Shown one piece after another: positions 12,896 through 25,600 of a DNA stretch of 64,000 nt. Positions within the stretch are counted from its first letter, which is position 1. Each line of letters begins with the position of its first letter. This DNA comes from Eledone cirrhosa (Eukaryota), in NCBI GenBank assembly GCA_964016885.1, contig OZ024744.1, positions 26,846,001-26,910,000 on the forward strand, in the 5' to 3' direction. The position numbers and the translations under genes were made by a program. A model generated the notes under the pieces. That model was not told the DNA's origin. It did no database searches and was given only the letters and a program-made list of their open reading frames with translations.

Positions 12896-14567
12896 GTGGT
12901 AAGAAGGAAGTAACCTTAGGGCCAAGGACACCAGAAGTCTCCACTGTTACGGCTAGGTATCTCAGTGCATGTGGTGGTAAGAAGGGAGGTAACCTTAGGG
13001 CCAGGGACACCAGAAGTCTCCACTGCTACGGCTAGGCATCTCAGTGCATGTGGTGGTAAGAAGGAAGGAACCGTAGGGCCAAGGACACCAGAAGTCTCCA
13101 CTCTTACGGCTAGGCATCTCAGTGCATGTTGTTGTAAGAAGGGAAGTAACCTTAGGGCCAGGGACACCAGAAGTCTCCACTGCTACGGCTAGACATCTCA
13201 GTGCATGTGGTGGTAAGAAGGGAGGTAACCTAAGGGCCAGGGACACCAGAAGTCTCCACTGTTACGGCTAGGCATCTCAGTGCATGTGGTGGTAAGAAGG
13301 GAGGTAACCTTAGGGCCAGGGACACCAGAAGTCTCCACTGTTACGGCTAGGCATGTCAGTGCATGAGGTGGTAAGAAGGGTGGTAACCTTAGGGCCAGGG
13401 ACACCAAAAGTCTCCACTGCTACGGCTAGGCATCTCAGTGCATGTGGTGGTAAGAAGGGAGGTAACCTTAGGGCCAGGGACACCAGAAGTCTCCACTGCT
13501 ACGGCTAGGCATCTCAGTGCATGTGGTGGTAAGAAGGAAGTAACCTCAGGGCCAAGGACACCAAAAGTCTCCACTGTTACGGCTAGGCATCTCAGTGCAT
13601 GTGGTGGTAAGAAGGGAGGTAACCTTAGGGCCAGGGACACCAGAAGTCTCCACTGTTACGGCTAGGCATCTCAGTGCATGTGGTGGTAAGAAGGGAGGTA
13701 ACCTTAGGGCCAGGGACACCAGAAGTCTCCACTGTTACGGCTAGGCATCTCAGTGCATGTGGTGCTAAGAAGGGAGGTAACCTTAGGGCCAGGGACACCA
13801 GAAGTCTCCACTGCTACGACTAGGCATCTCAGTGCATGTGGTGGTAAGAAGGGAGGTAACCTTAGGGCCAGGGACACCAGAAGTCTCCACTGCTACGACT
13901 AGGCATCTCAGTGCATGTGGTGGTAAGAAGGGAGGTAACCTCAGGGTCAGGGACACCAGACGTCTCCACTGTTACGGGTAGGCATCTCAGTGCATGTGGT
14001 GCTAAGAAGGGAGGTAACCTTAGGGCCAGGGACAGCAGAAGTCTCCACTGCTACCTCTAGGCATCTCAGTGCATGTGGTGGTAAGAAGGGAGGTAACCTG
14101 AGGGCCAGGGACACCAGACGTCTCCACTGTTACGGGTAGGCATCTCAGTGCATGTGGTGGTAAGAAGGGAGGTAACCTTAGGGCCAAGGACACCAGAAAT
14201 CTCCACTGTTACGGCTAGGCATCTCAGTGCATGTAGTGGTAAGAAAGGAAGTAACCTTTGGGCCAAGGACACCAGAAGTCTCCACTGCTACGGCTAGGCA
14301 TCTCAGTGCATGTGGTGGTAAGAAAGGAAGTAACCTTTGGGCCAAGGACACCAGAAGTCTTCACTGTTACGGCTAGGCATGTTAGTGCATGTGGTGGTAA
14401 GAAGGGTGGTAACCTTAGTGCCAGGGACACCAGAAGTCTCCACTGTTACGGCTAGGCATCTCAGTGCATATGGTTGTAAGAAAGGAGGTAAACTTAGGGC
14501 CAGGGACACCAGAAGTCTCCACTGTTACGGCTAGGCATCTCAGTGCATGTGGTGGTAAGAAGGGAGG

Positions 14568-17500
14568 TAACCTTAGGGCCAGGGACACCAGAAGTCTCCA
14601 CTGTTACGGCTAGGCATCTCAGTGCATGTGGTGCTAAGAAGGGAGGTAACCTTAGGGCCAGGGACACCAGAAGTCTCCACTGCTACGGCTAGGCATCTCA
14701 GTGCATGTGGTGGTAAGAAGGGAGGTAACCTTAGGGCCAGGGACAGCAGAAGTCTCCACTGCGACCGCTAGGCATCTCAGTGCATGTGGTGGTAAGAAGG
14801 GAGGTAACCTTAGGGCCAGGGACACCAGAAGCCTCCACTGCTACGGCTAGGCATCTCAGTGCATGTGGTGGTAAGAAGGAAGTAACCTTAGGGCCAAGGA
14901 CACCAGAAGTCTCCACTGTTACGGCTAGGCATCTCAGTGCATGTGGTGGTAAGAAGGGAGGTAACCTTAGGGCCAGGGACACCAGAAGTCTCCACTGCTA
15001 CGGCTAGGCATCTCAGTGCATGTGGTGGTAAGAAGGAAGTAACCTCAGGGCCAAGGACACCAGAAGTCTCCACTCTTAAGGCTAGGCATCTCAGTGCATG
15101 TGGTTGTAAGAAGGGAAGTAACCTTAGGGCCAGGGACACCAGAAGTCTCCACTGCTACGGCTAGGCATCTCAGTGCATGTGGTGGTAAGAAGGAAGTAAC
15201 CTTAGGGCCAGGGACACCAGAAGTCTCCACTGCTACGGCTAGACATCTCAGTGCATGTGGTGGTAAGAAGGGAGGTAACCTAAGGGCCAGGGACACCAGA
15301 AGTCTCCACTGTTACGGCTAGGCATCTCAGTGCATGTGGTGGTAAGAAGGGAGGTAACCTTAGGGCCAGGGACACCAGAAGTCTCCACTGTTACGGCTAG
15401 GCATGTCAGTGCATGAGGTGGTAAGAAGGGAGGTAACCTTAGGACCAGGGACACCAGAAGTCTCCACTGCTACGGCTAGGCATGTCAGTGCATGTGGTGG
15501 TAAGATGGAAGTAACCTTAGGGCCAAGGACACCAGAAGTCTCCACTGTTACGGCTAGGCATCTCAGTGCATGTGGTGGTAAGAAGGGAGGTAACCTTAGG
15601 GCCAAGGACACCAGAAGTCTTCACTGTTACGGCTAGGCATGTCAGTGCATGTGGTGGTAAGAAGGGTGGTAACCTTAGTGCCAGGGACACCAGAAGTCTC
15701 CACTGTTACGGCTAGGCATCTCAGTGCATGTGGTGGTAAGAAGGGAGGTAACCTTAGGGCCAAGGACACCAGAAGTCTTCACTGTTACGGCTAGGCATGT
15801 CAGTGCATGTGGTGGTAAGAAGGGTGGTAACCTTAGTGCCAGGAACACCAGAAGTCTCCACTGTTACGGCTAGGCATCTCAGTGCATGTGGTGGTAAGAA
15901 GGGAGGTAACCTTAGGGCCAAGGACACCAGAAGTCTCCACTGTTACGGCTAGGCATCTCAGTGCATGTGGTGCTAAGAAGGGAGGTAACCTTAGGGCCAG
16001 GGACACCAGAAGTCTCCACTGCTACGACTAGGCATCTCAGTGCATGTGGTGGTAAGAAGGGAGGTAACCTTAGGGCCAGGGACAGCAGAAGTCTCCACTG
16101 CTACCGCTAGGCATCTCAGTGCATGTGGTGGTAAGAAGGGAGGTAACCTGAGGGCCAGGGACAACAGACGTCTCCACTGTTACGGGTAGGCATCTCAGTG
16201 CATGTGGTGGTAAGAAGGGAGGTAACCTTAGGGCCAAGGACACCAGAAATCTCCACTGTTACGGCTAGGCATCTCAGTGCATGTGGTGGTAAGAAAGGAA
16301 GTAACCTTTGGGCCAAGGACACCAGAAGTCTCCACTGTTACGGCTAGGCATCTCAGTGCATGTGGTGGTAAGAAGGGAGGTAACCTTAGGGCCAGGGTCA
16401 CCAGAAGTCTCCACTGCTACGGCTAGGCATCTCAGTGCATGTGGTGGTAAGAAGGAAGTAACCTTAGGGCCAAGGACACCAGAAGTCTCCACTGTTACGG
16501 CTAGGCATCTCAGTGCATGTGGTGGTAAGAAGGGAGGTAACCTTAGGGCCAGGGACACCAGAAGTCTCCACTGCTACGGCTAGGCATCTCAGTGCATGTG
16601 GTGGTAAGAAGGAAGGAACCGTAGGGCCAAGGACACCAGAAGTGTCCACTCTTACGGCTAGGCATCTCAGTGCATGTGGTTGTAAGAAGGGAAGTAACCT
16701 TAGGGCCAGGGACACCAGAAGTCTCCACTGCTACGGCTAGGCATCTCAGTGCATGTAGTGGTAAGAAGGAAGTAACCTTAGGGCCAGGGACACCAGAAGT
16801 CTCCACTGCTACGGCTAGACATCTCAGTGCATGTGGTGGTAAGAAGGGAGGTAACCTAAGGGCCAGGGACACCAGAAGTCTCCACTGTTACGGCTAGGCA
16901 TCTCAGTGCATGTGGTGGTAAGAAGGGAGGTAACCTTAGGGCCAGGGACACCAGAAGTCTCCACTGTTACGGCTAGGCATGTCAGTGCATGAGGTGGTAA
17001 GAAGGGAGGTAACCTTAGGACCAGGGACACCAGAAGTCTCCACTGTTACGGCTAGGCATCTCAGTGCATGTGGTGGTAAGAAGGGAGGTAACCTCAGGGC
17101 CAGGGACACCAGAAGTCTCCACTGTTACGGCTAGGCATCTCAGTGCATGTGGTGCTAAGAAGGGAGGTAAACTTAGGGCCAGGGACACCAGAAGTCTCCA
17201 CTGCTACGGCTAGGCATCTCAGTGCATGTGGTGGTAAGAAGGGAGGTAACCTTATGGCCAGGGACAGCAGAAGTCTCCACTGCTACCGCTAGGTATCTCA
17301 GTGCATGTGGTGGTAAGAAGGGAGGTAATCTTAGGGCCAGGGACACCAGACGTCTCCACTGTTACGGGTAGGCATCTCAGTGCATGTGGTGGTAAGAATG
17401 GAGGTAACCTTAGGGCCAAGGACACCAGAAATCTCCACTGTTACGGCTAGGCATCTCAGTGCATGTGGTGGTAAGAAGGGAGGTAACCTTAGGGCCAGGG

Positions 17501-20500
17501 ACACCAGAAGACTCCACTGTTACGGCTAGGCATCTCAGTGCATGTGGTGGTAAGAAGGGAGGTAACCTTAGGGCCAGGGACACCAGAAGACTCCACTTTA
17601 ACGGCTAGGCATGTCAGTGCATGTGGTGGTAAGAAAGGAAGTAACCTTTGGGCCAAGGACACCAGATGTCTCCACTGTTACGGCTAGGCATCTCAGTGCA
17701 TGTGGTGGTAAGAAGGGAGGTAACCTTAGGGCCAGGGACACCAGAAGTCTCCACTGCTACGGCTAGGCATCTCAGTGCATGTGGTGGTAAGAAGGGAGGT
17801 AACCTTAGGCCCAGGGACACCAGAAGTCTCCACTGCTACGGCTAGGCATCTCAGTGCATGTGGTGGTAAGAAGGAAGTAACCTTAGGGCCAGGTACACCA
17901 GAAGTCTCCACTGCTACGGCTAGACATCTCAGTGCATGTGGTGGTAAGAAGGGAGGTAACCTAAGGGCCAGGGACACCAGAAGTCTCCACTGTTACGGCT
18001 AGGCATCTCAGTGCATGTGGTGGTAAGAAGGAAGTAACCTCAGGGCCAAGGACACCAGAACACTCCACTGTTACGGCTAGGCATCTCAGTGCATGTGGTG
18101 GTAAGTATGGAGGTAACCTTAGGGCCAGGGACACCAGAAGTCTCCACTGTTACGGCTAGGCATCTCAGTGCATGTGGTGGTAAGAAGGGAGGTAACCTTA
18201 GGGCCAGGGACACCAGAAGTCTCCACTGCTACGGCTAGGCATCTCAGTGCATGTGGTGGTAAGAAGGAAGTAACCTTAGGGCCAAGGACACCAGAAGTCT
18301 CCACTGTTACGGCTAGGCATCTCAGTGCATGTGGTGGTAAGAAGGGTGGTAACCTTAGTGCCAGGGACACCAGAAGTCTCCACTGTTACGGCTAGGCATC
18401 TCAGTGCATGTGGTGGTAAGAAAGGAGGTAAACTTAGGGCCAGGGACACCAGAAGTCTCCACTGTTACGGCTAGGCATCTCAGTGCATGTGGTGGTAAGT
18501 ATGGAGGTAACCTTAGGGCCAAGGACACCAGAAGTCTCCACTGCTACGGCTAGGCATCTCAGTGCATGTGGTGGTAAGAAGGGAGCTAACCTTAGGGCCA
18601 GGGACACCAGAAGTCTCCACTGTTACGGCTAGGCATCTCAGTGCATGTGGTGCTAAGAAGGGAGGTAACCTTAGGGCCAGGGACACCAGAAGTCTCCACT
18701 GCTACGGCTAGGCATCTCAGTGCATGTGGTGGTAAGAAGGGAGGTAACCTTAGGGCCAGGGACAGCAGAAGTCTCCACTGCGACCGCTAGGCATCTCAGT
18801 GCATGTGGTGGTAAGAAGGGAGGTAACCTTAGGGCCAGGGACACCAGAAGCCTCCACTGCTACGGCTAGGCATCTCAGTGCATGTGGTGGTAAGAAGGAA
18901 GTAACCTTAGGGCCAAGGACACCAGAAGTCTCCACTGTTACGGCTAGGCATCTCAGTGCATGTGGTGGTAAGAAGGGAGGTAACCTTAGGGCCAGGGACA
19001 CCAGAAGTCTCCACTGCTACGGCTAGGCATCTCAGTGCATGTGGTGGTAAGAAGGAAGTAACCTCAGGGCCAAGGACACCAGAAGTCTCCACTCTTAAGG
19101 CTAGGCATCTCAGTGCATGTGGTTGTAAGAAGGGAAGTAACCTTAGGGCCAGGGACACCAGAAGTCTCCACTGCTACGGCTAGGCATCTCAGTGCATGTG
19201 GTGGTAAGAAGGAAGTAACCTTAGGGCCAGGGACACCAGAAGTCTCCACTGCTACGGCTAGACATCTCAGTGCATGTGGTGGTAAGAAGGGAGGTAACCT
19301 AAGGGCCAGGGACACCAGAAGTCTCCACTGTTACGGCTAGGCATCTCAGTGCATGTGGTGGTAAGAAGGGAGGTAACCTTAGGGCCAGGGACACCAGAAG
19401 TCTCCACTGTTACGGCTAGGCATGTCAGTGCATGAGGTGGTAAGAAGGGAGGTAACCTTAGGACCAGGGACACCAGAAGTCTCCACTGCTACGGCTAGGC
19501 ATGTCAGTGCATGTGGTGGTAAGATGGAAGTAACCTTAGGGCCAAGGACACCAGAAGTCTCCACTGTTACGGCTAGGCATCTCAGTGCATGTGGTGGTAA
19601 GAAGGGAGGTAACCTTAGGGCCAAGGACACCAGAAGTCTTCACTGTTACGGCTAGGCATGTCAGTGCATGTGGTGGTAAGAAGGGTGGTAACCTTAGTGC
19701 CAGGGACACCAGAAGTCTCCACTGTTACGGCTAGGCATCTCAGTGCATGTGGTGGTAAGAAGGGAGGTAACCTTAGGGCCAAGGACACCAGAAGTCTTCA
19801 CTGTTACGGCTAGGCATGTCAGTGCATGTGGTGGTAACAAGGGTGGTAACCTTAGTGCCAGGAACACCAGAAGTCTCCACTGTTACGGCTAGGCATCTCA
19901 GTGCATGTGGTGGTAAGAAGGGAGGTAACCTTAGGGCCAAGGACACCAGAAGTCTCCACTGTTACGGCTAGGCATCTCAGTGCATGTGGTGCTAAGAAGG
20001 GAGGTAACCTTAGGGCCAGGGACACCAGAAGTCTCCACTGCTACGACTAGGCATCTCAGTGCATGTGGTGGTAAGAAGGGAGGTAACCTTAGGGCCAGGG
20101 ACAGCAGAAGTCTCCACTGCTACCGCTAGGCATCTCAGTGCATGTGGTGGTAAGAAGGGAGGTAACCTGAGGGCCAGGGACAACAGACGTCTCCACTGTT
20201 ACGGGTAGGCATCTCAGTGCATGTGGTGGTAAGAAGGGAGGTAACCTTAGGGCCAAGGACACCAGAAATCTCCACTGTTACGGCTAGGCATCTCAGTGCA
20301 TGTGGTGGTAAGAAAGGAAGTAACCTTTGGGCCAAGGACACCAGAAGTCTCCACTGTTACGGCTAGGCATCTCAGTGCATGTGGTGGTAAGAAGGGAGGT
20401 AACCTTAGGGCCAGGGTCACCAGAAGTCTCCACTGCTACGGCTAGGCATCTCAGTGCATGTGGTGGTAAGAAGGAAGTAACCTTAGGGCCAAGGACACCA

Positions 20501-22641
20501 GAAGTCTCCACTGTTACGGCTAGGCATCTCAGTGCATGTGGTGGTAAGAAGGGAGGTAACCTTAGGGCCAGGGACACCAGAAGTCTCCACTGCTACGGCT
20601 AGGCATCTCAGTGCATGTGGTGGTAAGAAGGAAGGAACCGTAGGGCCAAGGACACCAGAAGTGTCCACTCTTACGGCTAGGCATCTCAGTGCATGTGGTT
20701 GTAAGAAGGGAAGTAACCTTAGGGCCAGGGACACCAGAAGTCTCCACTGCTACGGCTAGGCATCTCAGTGCATGTAGTGGTAAGAAGGAAGTAACCTTAG
20801 GGCCAGGGACACCAGAAGTCTCCACTGCTACGGCTAGACATCTCAGTGCATGTGGTGGTAAGAAGGGAGGTAACCTAAGGGCCAGGGACACCAGAAGTCT
20901 CCACTGTTACGGCTAGGCATCTCAGTGCATGTGGTGGTAAGAAGGGAGGTAACCTTAGGGCCAGGGACACCAGAAGTCTCCACTGTTACGGCTAGGCATG
21001 TCAGTGCATGAGGTGGTAAGAAGGGAGGTAACCTTAGGACCAGGGACACCAGAAGTCTCCACTGTTACGGCTAGGCATCTCAGTGCATGTGGTGGTAAGA
21101 AGGGAGGTAACCTCAGGGCCAGGGACACCAGAAGTCTCCACTGTTACGGCTAGGCATCTCAGTGCATGTGGTGCTAAGAAGGGAGGTAAACTTAGGGCCA
21201 GGGACACCAGAAGTCTCCACTGCTACGGCTAGGCATCTCAGTGCATGTGGTGGTAAGAAGGGAGGTAACCTTATGGCCAGGGACAGCAGAAGTCTCCACT
21301 GCTACCGCTAGGTATCTCAGTGCATGTGGTGGTAAGAAGGGAGGTAATCTTAGGGCCAGGGACACCAGACGTCTCCACTGTTACGGGTAGGCATCTCAGT
21401 GCATGTGGTGGTAAGAATGGAGGTAACCTTAGGGCCAAGGACACCAGAAATCTCCACTGTTACGGCTAGGCATCTCAGTGCATGTGGTGGTAAGAAGGGA
21501 GGTAACCTTAGGGCCAGGGACACCAGAAGACTCCACTGTTACGGCTAGGCATCTCAGTGCATGTGGTGGTAAGAAGGGAGGTAACCTTAGGGCCAGGGAC
21601 ACCAGAAGACTCCACTTTAACGGCTAGGCATGTCAGTGCATGTGGTGGTAAGAAAGGAAGTAACCTTTGGGCCAAGGACACCAGATGTCTCCACTGTTAC
21701 GGCTAGGCATCTCAGTGCATGTGGTGGTAAGAAGGGAGGTAACCTTAGGGCCAGGGACACCAGAAGTCTCCACTGCTACGGCTAGGCATCTCAGTGCATG
21801 TGGTGGTAAGAAGGGAGGTAACCTTAGGCCCAGGGACACCAGAAGTCTCCACTGCTACGGCTAGGCATCTCAGTGCATGTGGTGGTAAGAAGGAAGTAAC
21901 CTTAGGGCCAGGTACACCAGAAGTCTCCACTGCTACGGCTAGACATCTCAGTGCATGTGGTGGTAAGAAGGGAGGTAACCTAAGGGCCAGGGACACCAGA
22001 AGTCTCCACTGTTACGGCTAGGCATCTCAGTGCATGTGGTGGTAAGAAGGAAGTAACCTCAGGGCCAAGGACACCAGAACACTCCACTGTTACGGCTAGG
22101 CATCTCAGTGCATGTGGTGGTAAGTATGGAGGTAACCTTAGGGCCAGGGACACCAGAAGTCTCCACTGTTACGGCTAGGCATCTCAGTGCATGTGGTGGT
22201 AAGAAGGGAGGTAACCTTAGGGCCAGGGACACCAGAAGTCTCCACTGCTACGGCTAGGCATCTCAGTGCATGTGGTGGTAAGAAGGAAGTAACCTTAGGG
22301 CCAAGGACACCAGAAGTCTCCACTGTTACGGCTAGGCATCTCAGTGCATGTGGTGGTAAGAAGGGTGGTAACCTTAGTGCCAGGGACACCAGAAGTCTCC
22401 ACTGTTACGGCTAGGCATCTCAGTGCATGTGGTGGTAAGAAAGGAGGTAAACTTAGGGCCAGGGACACCAGAATTCTCCACTGTTACGGCTAGGCATCTC
22501 AGTGCATGTGGTGGTAAGTATGGAGGTAACCTTAGGGCCAAGGACACCAGAAGTCTCCACTGCTACGGCTAGGCATCTCAGTGCATGTGGTGGTAAGAAG
22601 GGAGCTAACCTTAGGGCCAGGGACACCAGAAGTCTCCACTG
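14568..22641. repeat. Near-perfect tandem duplication, period 4019 bp (51 monomers)
   Basis: ORFs from 14731 to 18168 recur with identical translations at +4019. By eye I found two differences: 15819 G vs 19838 C, and 18455 G vs 22474 T. Confidence 0.92.
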
Positions 22642-25600
22642 CTACGGCTAGGCATCTCAGTGCATGTGGTGGTAAGAAGGAAGTAACCTTAGGGCCAAGG
22701 ACACCAGAAGTCTCCACTGTTACGGCTAGGCATCTCAGTGCATGTGGTGGTAAGAAGGGAGGTAACCTTCGGGTCAAGGACACCAGAAATCTCCACTGTT
22801 ACGGCTAGGCATGTCAGTGCATGTGGTGGTAAGAAGGGAGGTAACCTTAGGGCCAGGGACACCAGAAGTCTCCACTGTTACGGCTAGGCATCTCAGTGCA
22901 TGTGGTGGTAAGAAAGGAGGTAACCTTAGGGCCAGGGACACCAGAAGTCTCCACTGTTACGGCTAGGCATCTCAGTGCATGTGGTGGTAAGTAGGGAGGT
23001 AACCTTAGGGCCAGGAACACCAGAAGTCTCCACTGTTACGGCTAGGCATCTCAGTGCATGTGGTGGTAAGAAGAGAGGTAACCTTAGGACCAGGGACACC
23101 AGAAGTCTCCACTGTTACGGCTAGGCATCTCAGTGCATGTGGTGGTAAGAAGGGAGGTAACCTTAGGGCCAGGGACAGCAGAAGTCTCCACTGCTACGGC
23201 TATGCATCTCAGTGCATGTTGTGGTACGAAGGGAGGTAACCTTACGGCCAAGGACACCAGAAGTCTCCACTGTTACGGCTATGCATCTCAGTGCATGTTG
23301 TGGTAAGAAGGGAGGTAACCTTAGGGCCAAGGACACCAGAAGTCTTCACTGTTACGGCTAGGCATGTCAGTGCATGTGGTGGTAAGAAGGGTGGTAACCT
23401 TAGTGCCAGGGACACCAGAAGTCTCCACTGTTACGGCTAGGCATCTCAGTGCATGTGGTGGTAAGAAAGGAGGTAAACTTAGGGCCAGGTACACCAGAAT
23501 CTCCACTGTTACGGCTAGGCATCTCAGTGCATGTGGTGGTAAGAAGGGAGGTAACCTTAGGGCCAGGGACACCAGAAGTCTCCACTGTTACGGCTAGGCA
23601 TCTCAGTGCATGTGGTGGTAAGAAGGAAGGTAACCTTAGGGCCAGGGACACCAGAAGACTCCACTTTAACGGCTAGGCATCTCAGTGCATGTGGTGGTAA
23701 GAAAGGAAGTAACCTTTGGGCCAAGGACACCAGAAGTCTCCACTGTTACGGCTAGGCATCTCAGTGCATGTGGTGGTAAGAAGGGAGGTAACCTTAGGGC
23801 CAGGGACACCAGAAGTCTCCACTGCTACGGCTAGGCATCTCAGTGCATGTGGTGGTAAGAAGGGAGGTAACCTTAGGGCCAGGGACACCAGAAGTCTCCA
23901 CTGCTACGGCTAGGCATCTCAGTGCATGTGGTGGTAAGAAGGAAGTAACCTTAGGGCCAGGTACACCAGAAGTCTCCACTGCTACGGCTAGACATCTCAG
24001 TGCATGTGGTGGTAAGAAGTGAGGTAACCTAAGGGCCAGGGACACCAGAAGTCTCCACTGTTACGGCTAGGCATCTCAGTGCATGTGGTGGTAAGAAGGG
24101 AGGTAACCTTAGGGCCAGGGACACCAGATGTCTCCACTGTTACGGCTAGGCATGTCAGTGCATGAGGTGGTAAGAAGGGAGGTAACCTTAGGGCCAGGGA
24201 CACCAAAAGTCTCCACTGCTACGGCTAGGCATGTCAGTGCATGTGGTGGTAAGAAGGAAGTAACCTCAGGGCCAAGGACACCAGAAGTCTCCACTGTTAC
24301 GACTAGGCATCTCAGTGCATGTGGTGGTAAGTATGGAGGTAACCTTAGGGCCAGGGACACCAGAAGTCTCCACTGTTACGGCTAGGCATGTCAGTGCATG
24401 TGGTGGTAAGAAAGGAGGTAACCTTAGGGCCAGGGACACCAGAAGTCTCCACTGCTACGGCTAGGCATCTCAGTGCATGTGGTGGTAAGAAGGAAGTAAC
24501 CTCAGGGCCAAGGACACCAGAAGTCTCCATTGTTACGGCTAGGCATCTCAGTGCATGTGGTGGTAAGAAGGGAGGTAACCTTAGGGCCAGGGACACCAGA
24601 AGTCTCCACTGCTACGGCTAGGCATCTCAGTGCATGTGGTGGTAAGAAGGAAGTAACCTTAGGGCCAAGGACACCAGAAGTCTCCACTGTTACGGCTAGG
24701 CATCTCAGTGCATGTGGTGGTAAGAAGGGTGGTATCCTTAGTGCCAGGGACACCAGAAGTCTCCACTTTAACGGCTAGGCATCTCAGTGCATGTGGTGGT
24801 AAGAAAGGAAGTAACCTTTGGGCCAAGGACACCAGAAGTCTCCACTGTTACGGCTAGGCATCTCAGTGCATGTTGTGGTAAGAAGGGAGGTAACCTTAGG
24901 GCCAGGGACACCAGAAGTCTCCACTGCTACGGCTAGGCATCTCAGTGCATGTGGTGGTAAGAAGGAAGTAACCTTAGGGCCAAGGACACCAGAAGTCTCC
25001 ACTGTTACGGCTAGGCATCTCAGTGCATGTGGTGGTAAGAAGGGAGGTAACCTTAGGGCCAGGGACACCAGAATTCTCCACTGCTACGGCTAGGCATCTC
25101 AGTGCATGTGGTGGTAAGAAGGAAGTAACCTTAGGGCCAAGGACACCAGAAGTCTCCACTGTTACGGCTAGGCATCTCAGTGCATGTGGTGGTAAGAAGG
25201 GAGGTAACCTTAGGGCCAGGGACACCAGAAGTCTCCACTGTTACGGCTAGGCATCTCAGTGCATGTGGTGGTAAGAAGAGAGGTAACCTTAGGACCAGGG
25301 ACACCAGAAGTCTCCACTGTTACGGCTAGGCATCTCAGTGCATGTGGTGGTAAGAAGGGAGGTAACCTTAGGGCCAGGGACAGCAGAAGTCTCCACTGCT
25401 ACCGCTAGGCATCTCAGTGCATGTGGTGGTAAGAAGGGAGGTAACGTTAGGGCCAGGGACAGCAGACGTCTCCACTGTTACGGGTAGGCATCTCAGTGCA
25501 TGTGGTGGTAAGAAGCGAGGTAACCTTAGGGCCAAGGACACCAGAAATCTCCACTGTTACGGCTAGGCATCTCAGTGCATGTGGTGGTAAGAATGGAGGT

